From: Oikopleura dioica
Taxonomy: Eukaryota; Animalia; Chordata
Length of the DNA: 64,000 bases
NCBI GenBank assembly: GCA_907165135.1
Contig: OU015568.1
Location: 8,928,001-8,992,000, forward strand
Direction: 5' to 3'
The translations under genes were made by a program, and so were the position numbers. Below, in pieces: positions 1 to 11,771 of this stretch (positions within the stretch are counted from its first letter, which is position 1; each line of letters begins with the position of its first letter). Below the pieces are notes generated by a model. The model did no database searches and was not told the DNA's origin. It was given only the letters and a program-made list of their open reading frames with translations.

Positions 1-55
1 CATTAGTTTCATAGTCAAATTTTTCGATATCTATTTCAATAAAATCATTGATAAG

Positions 56-2171
56 CAAAGAGTATCCTTGCAAAGTGGCTTACAAAGGAGCAAACCGCCG
101 GTGGCGAGCACCCTTACATGTTCTCCCAGTGCCAGGCGATTCACGCCCGCTCTCTCTTCCCCTGCCAAGATTCTCCTGGAGTCAAGATCAAGTACACGGC
201 CAAGGTCTCCGTTGCTGCTCCTCTCGTCGCCCTGATGAGCGCCAATCTCCAACACGATAAGACGGAGAAAACCGATTCTGTCAACACTTTTTACTTCTCC
301 CAACATGTTCCTATGCCCTCCTATCTGGTCGCGATCGCGTCCGGCGCTTTGGAGAGCCGAGAAATTGGCCCTCGATCGCGAGTCTGGTCGGAGAAAGAGT
401 TCGTCGACAAGGCTGCTTTTGAATTTTCGCAGACTGAAGACTTCATCAAGGCGGGAGAGTCCCTCCTCGGCCCTTATGTTTGGGGACAGTACGATCTTCT
501 CGTCCTCCCTCCTTCTTTCCCCTACGGAGGGATGGAAAACCCCTGCCTGACTTTTGTCACTCCGACTCTTCTTGCCGGCGACAAATCTCTCGCAAACGTC
601 GTTGCTCACGAAATCGCCCACTCCTGGACAGGAAACTTAGTGACTAACGTAAACTGGCAGCATTTCTGGCTCAACGAAGGACATACAGTTTTCGTTGAGC
701 GAAAGATCGTCGAGAAAATTTACAATAGGCCGACTGCGGAGTTCCAGGCAATTGGTGGCTGGACAGGAAAGGTACACTTTTTTATCCCCTTTGATTCGGG
801 GTAGTCTTCGTTGATTTCAAGAAAGTTGAGAACCTTGAAAAGGCCTTGTGGAAACTGTAGACACTTTGGGAGCAGAGCATGAGTACACCAAGCTGGTGAT
901 TAAAAACGATGGCTCTGTTGACCCAGACGATTCTTTCTCCCGGATTCCATACGAAAAAGGCTTCTCGCTTCTTTACCACCTCCAGTCGCTCGTTGGCATT
1001 CCTAAGTTTGAAGGCTTTCTCAAAGGCAACGGTGATAGAAAAAGAGTACCTCAATAAAGATTTAATCGAGGAAGTCGAGCTTTTGGGCGAAACGCATGAA
1101 TTCACCAAATTGGTGATCAAGCAATCCGGGTCAATCGACCCCGACGACGCCTTTTCGAGCATTCCTTATGAAAAAGGTTTCGCGCTGTTGTACCATCTTG
1201 AGACTCTTTTGAGTGTTCCTAAGTTTGAGGCATTCCTCAAAGGTAAAAACTTTTATTGAGCCATTTTTCTATCACTTTTCGAAGCCTACATCGAGGCATT
1301 CTCCTACAAAGCGTTGGATACTCAACAATGGAAGGACCTTCTTTTCAAGCACTTCTCTGGTTCAGAAGAAGATACCGCTATTTTGAATAAGGTCGACTGG
1401 GATGCTTGGTTCAACAACACTGGAATGCCTCCTGTTCCTAAGCCACAGTACGATACAAGCCTACAGGATGTGTGCACCGCTGTAAGTTTCAAAAATCATA
1501 AAATTTTGATGCTTTTTCTTTCCCGGCTCTTGAATTTTTGATCAATATTCTACCCTTGAATTCAAATTCCAGTCGAACCTTTGTTCATGGATCGGCTGAG
1601 CCATTTCACGGGGAGATCATACTTCATAGATTATTTCGCGTTCCTTTTCTCATACTTTTCCGAATTTGGAGAAAAATGAATCGCCGATTTTCTAACAGAT
1701 TCTTCAGCTGGCGAAAAAGTGGCGCGCAGGTGACGGTGCTCCAAGTGCGGATGATATTGCCTCATTCAATTCCGGTCAGCTTCAAGAATTCCTCGACCAG
1801 CTTGTCCTCGATAGTTCCTTCTCACCCGAGCAGGTTCAGCAAATGTCCGATGTTTATAAGGGCATTTCAGAGTCGCACAACTCGGAAGTGCGTTTCCGAT
1901 GGATTCACCTTGGCCTCAAATCACGATTCAAGCCAGCTATTGATAATGCTTTGGCGATGGTCACCGAACAGGTAAATTTGCCCCCGAGTTCGTCTTTGAC
2001 CTCATTTGACTCTTTCTCTAGGGGCGTATGAAATTCACACGACCGTTGTACCGAGACTTGAAGAATTGGGACCTCGCGCTGCCAAGAGCGGTGGAAACTT
2101 TCAAAAAGAATCGTCCATCGATGCATCCGACCACTGCCGCCCTCGTTGCCAAAGACCTTGGGCTGCAATAA
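56..2171 (+). CDS. LTA4H: Leukotriene A4 hydrolase / M1 zinc aminopeptidase (5'-partial, multi-exon)
   Basis: GGMEN motif, HEIAH...NEG zinc motif (HExxH-x18-E), PYEKG catalytic Tyr, C-terminal NSEVRFRW and [13 protein letters not shown]; stop TAA 2169-2171. Confidence 0.95.
843..1242 (+). other. Tandem duplicated exon pair in LTA4H (A 843-1025, B 1060-1242; 183 nt each)
   Basis: Both exons are 183 nt, phase 1 at both ends, 41/61 aa identical and separated by 34 nt (GC...AG). Confidence 0.9.
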
Positions 2172-2439
2172 GTTATAAAAATCCTTTTTGTTCAATTTTC
2201 CTTTGATTACATGTATGATTATTATTTCTGTTAATTACACCGGTACGTTCTGATTCTTTTGATTCAATAAAGCCAAATAGTCTTCAATACATACAACCGG
2301 CTACTGTGGAAACAGTAGATTCATTGATTAGATGTACGGATCTTTCGCGCAACATTAGCCAGCTATTACGTAACATCTCTGACCAAGATCGCAGTATTTT
2401 TCGACTTTCAAAGCAAAAAAATATTGAAAATCAGAGAGA

Positions 2440-3850
2440 ATGGCGAATCTAGTGAGAACAGCTCTTTGCGGACTTGATGGAGTATTGAAGTACATGAAGT
2501 TCTCGCCTTGTTATTTGATGGCGAAGCGCGATTTTAAACCTATCACAACGGATTTGTCCGAAAAATCGATTTTGATCACCGGAGGCAACTCTGGAATTGG
2601 TCTTGAAGCAGCTGTCAAACTTGCTAGAGTAAGTTAACAATGTCTTTAGAATGAAATAAAGTTCTCGTTCTAGCTCGGTGCAAATGTCCACATTGCTTGC
2701 CGAAACGAGTCGCGAGGTAGCGCTGCAGTCGACGAAATCGTCTCAAGAGCAAATGTTTCAAAAGAAAAAGTGCAGCTCCACCTGCTCGATGTTTCCGAAT
2801 GCAAAGATGTTCATAAGTTCGCGGCGGATTTTTCAAAAATGCTCAAGGAAAATGAAGAGAAACTGTATTGTCTGGTGAACAACGCAGGTGGAATAATCAA
2901 CGAAAGGAAGAAGAATAGCCAGGGCTATGAGGTAAATGCGCAATTATTTTGATGATTTTCGCTTTGATTCTTTTTTGGAAAAAACTGAATCTCATGGGTA
3001 CGAGAATATTAAATGTTGGAATAGAAATTAGATTATGAAACACGTTTTTCCGTCGAAATCAAAGACTGGACATGATTCAATGGTAGAACAGATTATGAAA
3101 CTGATGAAAATTCTCTCTAAATTTAAGGATGAGTGATGACTCAACAATTATTTTGATAGAAAGTCATCATCCTTCAATCCGGAGGATATTTCGATCTATA
3201 ACATAACGCTACTCGGTATCGTGAAAGATTCTTTATAAAATTGTAGATGAATTTCGCCACGAACACTCTGGGAATGTACATCCTTACAAAGAGCCTTCTC
3301 TCCTCAAATGCCCTTTCTGCTGGTTCCCGTGTTTTTTCTACAACTTCCAGCTCGATGATGATCGTGCCTTGTGTAACTGAAGATCTCAACTTTGAAAAAG
3401 GAAGTTTTGATAAAAACGGAATCAATGCTTACGCCTTCGCTTGCACACAAAAACGCCATCAAGTTATTCTCACTGATGTTTGGGCTGCGCAATATCCTGA
3501 CATTTACTTCTGTACCGGACACCCAGGCTACTGTAACACCAAGGCAGCGAAGGACACGCCGTTTTATACTGTCCCCGGAGAGTTTATTTACAATTTGGGA
3601 GCTAAAGCCATTCGAAGGTACGAGTCATATTTTCTTTTTCTATCTAATGTCTGTCTCTAGCCCTGAAGAATCATCTGACTGTATTTTCTTCGCCGCCGCC
3701 GCTGACAAATCTGACCTTGCCCCGTCTGGAACATATTACACCGACCGAAAACCCGCGGCAAAGCACTATTTTGGAACTCAGGAAACTGAGGCCGATCGAC
3801 AAAAACTCGTTGCGATATTGGATGATATTTACGAATCTACTAAAGAATAA
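2440..3850 (+). CDS. DHRS12: DHRS12-like short-chain dehydrogenase/reductase, paralog A (divergent active site)
   Basis: ITGGNSGIG, LVNNAG, NFATNTLGMYILT, HPG, GTYYTDRK across exons. Confidence 0.85.
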
Positions 3851-4027
3851 TTCACTATTTCACTGTCTTGCCATCTTTAGCACAACATAACTCAACATTT
3901 AAAACAAATTTCTAACTGATAAGTCTTAATCTTTCTTCATTTCCGAAATCACATGTTTCCAAGTTAAAGAATGTTTTGGTCCTTCAAATCGCTGATTCTT
4001 CCCTGTTTTCTACTCTATTTCTTTCAG

Positions 4028-5298
4028 ATGTCTTGGTTCCGCGCGCTCAGTTTCGGGATAAAAGGATATTGTGATTTTACGCGACCCGCATTTATCAAAG
4101 CGCAGAAAACTTTCAAACCCCTCCAGGATGATTTAACAGGCAAAGTTGTCGTCATTACTGGCGGAAACTCGGGCATTGGATTCGAAGCGGCTATTAAACT
4201 CGCTAAGGTGAGGGATAGAATTTCCATTCCCCGATTTACGTCTGTATTAGATGGGTGCAGAAGTCCACATTGCCTGTAGGTCTCCCGAGCGAGGCCAGAA
4301 AGCCCTGGACGAAATTATTTCCCGAGCTCAAGTTTCCGCCGACAACGTTAAGCTCCACATCTTGGATGTTTCCAAATCGGACACTGTTCATACATTTGTG
4401 AATGACTTCACCGAACACCTTGGAGGACGGAAACTGTACGCTCTGGTGAACAATGCAGGCTGTATGGTAGACCGTGCAGAGAACTTGTTCGGGTATGAAA
4501 TCAACTTTGCGACGAATACACTTGGAATGTACATTTTGACGAAGGGATTTATCGAAACACAAGCGCTTGCGGAGGGATCGAGAGTTGTCACAGTAACATC
4601 GGGAGGAATGTATAGCCAGGCGTTGGAGCTTGAAGACATGCAGTGGAAAAAGTCTGGGTTTGATGCGACCAAAGCTTATGCCAAGCATAAACGACAACAA
4701 GTAGTCATTACAGGTAAAGCCACTAGAACCCGAGCTCTAGGTCATGATTTATTCAGTAGGCTACAGACCTTAGGTATTAGCATCATCTTTCACGACTCAC
4801 ATAAAAATGATGGTCAATTCAGCATCAAAATTGACGCTAATAATAGCAAAAATATTTCTATTATGATAATGGAATGATAATAACCAATTGTGTCTCTTTC
4901 TCTCAGATTGTCAAAATTATATTCAGATGTCTGGGCGAAGAAGCATCCATCGATACAGTTTTTGACGACGCATCCTGGTTGGGCGGATACTCCTGCGCTC
5001 AGAGGGGCAATGCCAGATTTCCATGAAAAGATGAAGGATAAGCTCAGAACGTAAGCTCCATTATTTGCTGTCTTTCTTTCAATATCTTTTCAGGGCAGAA
5101 GAAGGGGCTGATTGCATCGTTCACGGAGTAGCGTCAAAACCAGAAGACCTTGGGCCAAACGGCAGCTTTTACACAGACAGAAAGGCGGCCAGTAAACACC
5201 TAACTCTGGCATTTACTCAAGAATCATCAGCAGATGCGTCTCGTCTAGAAGAGCTTTTAGATGAAATGTATGAACGGACGAAGAAATCACCATCATAA
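4028..5298 (+). CDS. DHRS12: DHRS12-like short-chain dehydrogenase/reductase, paralog B
   Basis: TTTCAG|ATG start; ITGGNSGIG, LVNNAG, VTSGGMY, YAKHK (YxxxK), HPGWADTP, GSFYTDRK. Confidence 0.9.
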
Positions 5299-5542
5299 TT
5301 GAGCTAAATGAAATTCCGTCTCGTTGAGAACTTCTATTGCTGATGAAAAAAGCTCTTGATCATTCCGATTCTATCAAATAAAATATATAAATAACTTCTT
5401 TTCCTGACAAAATAATACACAGATAATACCAAAAAATATGATTTTATTATGCTGCTAAAGTCACTCTACGTAGATTAATTATTTCCTCTGAATAATAATT
5501 ATGCATGTTGTAAGCTTCTTTCTCAATTTTATCTCCTGCAGA

Positions 5543-6208
5543 ATGAACAGACTATCAGTGCGCAAATTCGGCCTGACATCTCTTCTTGAGCGAAACGATA
5601 GGAGGAGATTCAAGGTATCGATCAATTTATTTCCGTCATTTTTTTATTGCTTTGCCTAATTAAGTATTATTACAACAACAGATTTGGGTACAAGAGGCAC
5701 TGGGATTTCCGTGGATATTATTACCTTGACGAAATCGACAAGATTGTGCCTCTCGATGATAAGGCTCCGCGATCGCATACGATTGACGCAGATTGGAGGA
5801 TTCGAAACAAATGGCCTCAGGTATAGGAATCCCTCAATATTCTAGTGCTAAAAGAGAGCTTTAGATGCCGCAAGGAAAGTGGGAAATGAACGAAGACAAG
5901 AAGCGACGGCTAGTAGAGTACCCTGAAATTCATCCTGCTTTGGATTCAAGAGTCCCGCAATTTTCTTTTGTTGATGGTCGAATTCCAGAGCCACCAAGTA
6001 AGAACTTCATCAAGAAATTTATATAACGGGGCTATTTATAGGAGAAACGCAAATCGACGCTGAAAAGAATCGAATTCTCGTCCGTCAAATCGTAGAAATG
6101 ATGAAAGAACTCAAGAACGAAAAGAAATCACATGAAGAGAACGATTCTAGCGCAGCTTCTTTTCAACCAAAATTATCTCAAAAAGGAGAACGCCCGCCTC
6201 CTGTTTGA
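5543..6208 (+). CDS. MRPL52: Mitochondrial ribosomal protein mL52-like
   Basis: Spliced translation contains PQFSFVDGRIPEPP followed by a helical segment, resembling recalled mL52 LPDWSYADGRPAPP; CTGCAG|AATG start. Confidence 0.65.
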
Positions 6209-6289
6209 GATTTTTCGATTAAATTAATTTTATTGTAATTTGCAAATGTCGTTCTGGAAAGGCATAAATTATCCTTCCATCATTTCAGA

Positions 6290-7994
6290 ATGCCTGATTT
6301 GAAAGTCGTAGAGCTCTTCTGTGGCATCGGTGGTTTCCATGCGGCCTTTGAGAAGGCGAAAAATGATCTCAAAGGAGCACCAACTGAAATTGAGTACAAG
6401 GTAATCTTTTCTACACGAAGAATTTATTTCTTCGATACATTAAGAAAACACTATGAATTCAATCCAAGTTATCATTTCTTCCAGGTTCTTTCTGCCATGG
6501 ATATCAACAACAACGCAACAAGCTGCTACAAGCTCAATCATATGAGCATGGAGAAAGATGTGATCAACACGGACATCAATGCAGCGCCCTGGGAGCAAAC
6601 TTCCTGTAAGATTTCTACCGAAGCCGTAAAATTTCCTTTAATTTCAGGCTACAACACTCTTGCCATGTCGCCGCCCTGTCAACCCTTTACCCGCAACGGA
6701 AAGCAAAAAGACAAAGAGGATCCGCGCACGAAGCCGCTTCTATCCATTATTGAAAAAATAAAGACCTCAAAGAAGAAATTCCTTCCCCGATATATCATCA
6801 TGGAAAACGTCAAGTTCTTCGAGAAATCTCAGACCTGCAAGGACTTACTAGCGGCGCTGGACAGTAGAAACTTTATCTACAGACAGTTTTTGATCTCACC
6901 GACGGATTTGGGGACGCCGAATCAAAGAGCGAGATATTTTCTTATTGCAAAGAGGGGAAAGCACATGAAGTTTCATTTTGATCCGTATGTCATTAATTGG
7001 AAGAAAAAGAGCACTGGCGAACCAGAAAGTAAGCGACAAAAAGTAGAAGAAGGGACAGAAGAAATAGAAAAAGACCTGTCAGATAATGAAGAGGAAATCG
7101 CCGATCATTTGAAAGCGGAAAATGAAGGTATTTCCAAAGGAGTCCGAAGATATATTTTACCCTTATTTAGCGCGAGAAATTCCAAAAGCAAGTGTCAAAA
7201 TGTACGAAAATATGGACGTTTTTGTGCGACACGATGGCCCTGACGCCAATTCACAGATTCTTGGCCTCAAAATAAAGGAGAAGATTCACTCGCTCGAGCG
7301 ATACATTCAAGATTTAGACTTTGAAGAAGAAGTCTGGAAAGAAATCTATGTTTTAACCGATCAGTTGAAAAGGAGATTCCTGAACGTTTTGGACATTGTC
7401 AGAACTTCAAGCTCGAGAAGTATTTGTTTTACCAAAGCTTACGGAAAATATGCCCAAGGTGATCTATTTGCAGAAGACTCATTCTTTAATCATGATTGTA
7501 GGAACTGGATCGATGATCGACATGATGGAAAAAGTAGACCCAAATGATCGGACAAAAGATAGAGAACCGGAAGATTTCGAGCTGAGATACTTCACAGAAA
7601 TGGAAGTTGCTGGCCTTATGGGCTTTCCCAAAGACTTTTCTTTCCCGCCAGATCTGACAACAAGACAGGTAATGTGTAATAAAGTCGGTTTACAACTCAC
7701 TCTATTTTTCCATAAAAAACTTGTTAAACAATTTGAAAAAATAAATAGGTTCTACGTTAGAGAATATTTTTATCTTCAAACAAAATAATGACTAGATGAT
7801 AACAATAAAACGTACAATGTTCTCGATTGTCTTCAAATAAAAAAAATGTTCAGCGATACGCTCTGCTTGGCAACTCGCTGAATGTAGATGTAGCAGCTGT
7901 TTTGATCAAATTAATGGTGCTCGGCGACGATGAGACGAAGTTGACTCCTGAAGAATTAGCTGAATTGAATAGACTAAAAGCAGAGTTTCAATAA
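6290..7994 (+). CDS. TRDMT1: tRNA (cytosine-38) C5-methyltransferase DNMT2
   Basis: ELFCGIGG (motif I), SPPCQPFTR (IV), ENV (VI), QRARYF (VIII), DNMT2-specific CFTKAY, LRYFT (IX), LLGNSLNV (X); stop 7992-7994. Confidence 0.95.
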
Positions 7995-8055
7995 ATAAAT
8001 TACTGATACTGCCACTCGTGTAATTCTCTAGTTACAATATGTTCTCGTTTTTAGA

Positions 8056-8670
8056 ATGAGTGGGAACTCAAAGGGCAACAAGCTGCCGACAGATGAGCTG
8101 GCCATGCGAGCTATTTTGAAGGACATGGGAGTGACAGAATACGAAGACCGAGTCGTCCAGCAAATGCTCGAGTTCTCCTACAGGTACACGACAGAAGTAC
8201 TGGAAGAGGCAAAAGTCTACTCAAACCACGCGCGCAAGAAGCAAATCGACCTGGACGATGTGAAACTGGCCGTGTCCAATCGAGGCGATCGAACTGGTAG
8301 AATGCCTCCACGGTAGAGTATCCGCTTTGAATATCGATCGGTTCAAGTTTCCGTTTTAGAATTGATCTGCTTCAAGAAATGACAAAGTCCAAAAACTCCA
8401 CTCCACTCCCCGCAATCAAGCCTTTCTCCGGCCCTAGAATTCCGCCAGATCGTTATTGGTAAGTCAAGTTCTCCTTGTTGATTTGAAACTGATGATTTTA
8501 GCCTTACCGGAGTTACATATAAAGTGAAAGACAATGTCGAAAACGGGCCGAAGCGAAATGCAAGTTTCGAAGATGTTGCCAACGGGTGAGTAGAACCCCA
8601 TGAAATATTGTTGACTTTTGAAATTTTTAGCGATATGATGGATGTAGATGGTAGATCATTCCTTGTCTAA
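8056..8670 (+). CDS. TAF9: TFIID subunit 9 (histone fold)
   Basis: [25 protein letters not shown]...[10 protein letters not shown], then PLPAIKP...[12 protein letters not shown]. Confidence 0.95.
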
Positions 8671-8896
8671 AGCTCGAACAATATTCATTTACACGATCCA
8701 TATCTGGGAATTCCGCTGTACAATGTATACTGCCACTTATTCTCTACTCTTTACTATTGATTTCAATTATAAATTAGGTTATTTCAAACTTTATTAATTA
8801 TTCACGAAGTTCAGTTAAGAAGTTTTCAACTCGTGGATGGATAATTGCAGATCGCCGTCACGGGCTCTTCGACCCATGAGTTTGCATTTTGGCGCG

Positions 8897-10021
8897 ATGA
8901 GTACTGACGAGTCAGTTTATATCAGTAGAAGAGGTAACTTACAGTTTTCCTTCGTTTATTTATTTTCTCAAAAGAGGAAGAGCGGCGCCTCTTCAACGCT
9001 AAAATGGAAAAACGTCATCGCGAAAACGCACTTGAACGCGAAGAGCTGGACCGCTCTCTTGACGAGCAGCGAGAACGACTTGGTAGGATTATTTTCAGTG
9101 GCGGATACGACTTTGGAAATTCCACTTTTAGATTCAATCGGGACACTTCTTGAGCATGCTATGACGTTCATTAACGAGCACCCAACTCCCGAGACCTCTC
9201 CATGGAAAAAGAAAGAGAAACCGTCGACACCCGAAAGAAGAACACCATCACCAACGTCAGAGCCAGTTTCCCCAATAACTGTCATAAAAGGTAGCTCAAA
9301 GCTAAAGTCTAGACATTTACGCGTTTTACATTTTCTCCATCGAAGTCTTCCTAACTTATCGTTTAGTCCCTCAGGCTTCCGGTTTCGCCCGGAAAGCATC
9401 TCTTCGCCGCCCGTTGTTCCCAAAGCCAAGTAACAACAATACCACTCAACAACCCAATCTACCTCGGCCGAAACAAGAGCTCCCGCCAAAACCAACCCAT
9501 CTTACAACCATGACTCCAATTTTTTCCTCGACACCAGTTGAGACCAAGATCCGCCAAGCACCGAAAGTAACTGATCTCTAACCTCGCTTTTTGTTTGCTT
9601 TACCTCTTCCTGATTCTAGCATTCCGTACTTCTTTTCATTGCTTTCATTTATAAATGTGTTTATTAACTGCCTATTAAAACCATCATCATCATCTTTCTC
9701 TTTAGTTTCAAAATCTACAGAATTTCTATTATCTATATTCAAAATAAACATTCTCAAAAACAAGCGACTTAGGAATGATTTCTTGTATTTACAGAGAGTC
9801 GGATAATATAAGAAATGGATCTGCAGAAAGTGTATATAAACAGGGCAAAGATAGAGATAGAGGAACAAGTCAAGAGCTCATCCGAGAGCTTGAAAACAAT
9901 GCGAAAAGAAAACCAGCTTCTGTTGCAATCTTTTACAAAAACGGCCAAGTGCCAAAGAAATAATCCAATGTCAATCATTTTCGGTGCTTTTCGTTGTCAA
10001 TTGCTCAATAGCAATATGTAA
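8897..10021 (+). CDS. Hypothetical protein (Ser/Thr/Pro-rich middle, C-terminal coiled coil)
   Basis: ORF segments 8837-9433 and 9815-10021 separated by intron-like AT-rich gaps; no recognised domain. Confidence 0.45.
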
Positions 10022-10170
10022 GGTAGCATTTTCGCGGTCGGAATCGTCGTCCGCGGAGCTTGATGAAAGCCTGTCGCTGCTGCCAGTTGAGGTTGACGAC
10101 GTTGTTGGAAGAGATCGGAGTGGCAACGATGGTGGCGAAAAGTTGGAAGATTGTGAAGAGGAAAAAGCAT
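10005..10170 (-). CDS. Candidate secreted peptide precursor (54 aa after removing one T from a T5 run)
   Basis: CAAAATG context, C-ending codon bias, signal-like MLFLFTIFQLFATIVA, RGRR site, C-terminal FRPRKCYLTYCY-stop; upstream TATAAAAA. Confidence 0.55.
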
Positions 10171-10248
10171 TTTGAAGTTTGTTGATAAGTTGAGGTGCTT
10201 TTTTGTTTTTGGAAATGGAAGCGAGTGATGATCATTAGTGAGAGCGCG

Positions 10249-10256
10249 TTTTTATA
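10249..10256 (-). promoter_or_regulatory. TATA box of the candidate peptide gene
   Basis: TATAAAAA about 80 nt upstream of the ATG at 10170, followed by an A/C-rich leader. Confidence 0.5.
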
Positions 10257-10792
10257 TCCGATGGAACACATCAATCCGAGGCAGCGGCAGATGGCGCGCG
10301 AGGGAGCGTAATTGCCACCATTTATGGTAAAAATGATGGTACCCTTTTCCATATGTTTCGCGCTCCAGGATCATTAGCACAACCAGTGGAAAAGGGGGCA
10401 TCGAAGGTTTTTTAATGAGCCCGATTTGAATACCAATATCGAATCATTAAATATATAATGTATGGTTTCTATCGCTGATATTACCCCTTACTTCAAAAAA
10501 ATTGATCATCGATTATACTGCCAAATTTAAACTGATAAAGACAATTAATACTTTGTCGACAAATTTATCCTTATCTTTCACCGAATCACGGGATTTTCAA
10601 AATTTCTCAAGGAATTTACTCCGCTTTACTGTTCTTAAAAGACATGGCAGTTCTTTTTTGAGACTCTAGCAGCAGCTGTCAGAATCGGCATGTTTGAAGC
10701 AGAAGATTATCTTTTGTGTGCAAACATGGAAGAAACCATTAAACTTATGAAACCGCCGCTGGACAAGATAAACGGAAGGAGGCCACCTGCAA

Positions 10793-11662
10793 ATGATCGT
10801 AAAAAATCACTGCAGCGAGCGTTTTCTTGCGTTGGCAGGAAAGATGCAGCAGAAAATGATTGACAAAAAGGAAAAAGAGAGTTATTTGAAGCTGATCAAA
10901 CAGCTCGAAGAAGAGAACGAAGAGCTTTATAGACACAACGTCCAGTTGACAAGGCGATTACAGGAGAAAAAGCCAGAGAAAGAGCTTTTGGGAGGATTCG
11001 ACAAGGCATTTGACAAGCTTGGGCTACAGGCGCCCCCGTTTTCATGCGCTAGAAAATTATTGAACGCACTGACGGAAAAGATTACCATGGTAATTGCCGC
11101 CTGGGAGATAGAGAAAATAGTAATGTCTGTCTTTAGCTTATTTTGGAAGAAAAGATCAACCAAAATAGGCGTCTGAAACTGGAGAAAACAATAGAATTAT
11201 TAAATGAAAGAAATAAAAGGTAAGATTCTTACCGTCAACAATTTTGACTCAAAATGCTAATAAAAGCGTAAATTAAATTTTTAGTCTTTTCCAAGAAATA
11301 AAAAAAATCAAGGAAGAACACTTGGAGGAGCAAAACGACTTGATGCACATGGCAAACGAGGCTCAACGAGAAAACAGAATTCTGAAGACGAAATGTCGCG
11401 AGCTTCAGCACCAAGTTGACGAGGTCGAGGAAGATCTACAGACGACGGAAGAAGAGACTCTTCGGATGGAAGTCAAGTTCAGAAAAGAACAAAAAATTAT
11501 GAGACGAAACTCGGAGATTCTTCAGAACACGGCCAGATTAAAAGTGCGTTTTCGCCTGCTACTTATATTAAAATAACAAACAATCATGTTCAGATACTTC
11601 AACTGGAACAGCGACTCAAAGGCCCCTTTGAAGAAAAAAGACAGCGAAGAAACTCGCGATAG
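10793..11662 (+). CDS. Hypothetical coiled-coil protein (start uncertain)
   Basis: E/K/Q-rich heptad ORFs 10793-11176 and 11322-11576; terminal exon after TTCAG with stop at 11660-11662. Confidence 0.45.
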
Positions 11663-11771
11663 AAACATCTGCTAATTTCCCCTCCATTCCAACTAGCTTG
11701 AATAAAAATGTTAACACGCCATGTACCTAGGTACATGCGGTGGAAAAATACAAATGTAGCAATCAAGAGAA

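Noticed and set aside
1482-1707. Second alternative exon or H/ACA RNA in a long LTA4H intron
   Set aside because: No similarity to flanking exons; the ACA lies too close to the acceptor and the hairpins are unconvincing.
2933-3248. snoRNA in the long DHRS12-A intron (GTGATGA, hairpin at ~3125-3172)
   Set aside because: No downstream CTGA box D; the C-like motif is sequestered in the hairpin.
6290-7994. Bacterial restriction-modification methylase / horizontal transfer
   Set aside because: Spliceosomal introns and the DNMT2-specific CFT motif indicate native TRDMT1.
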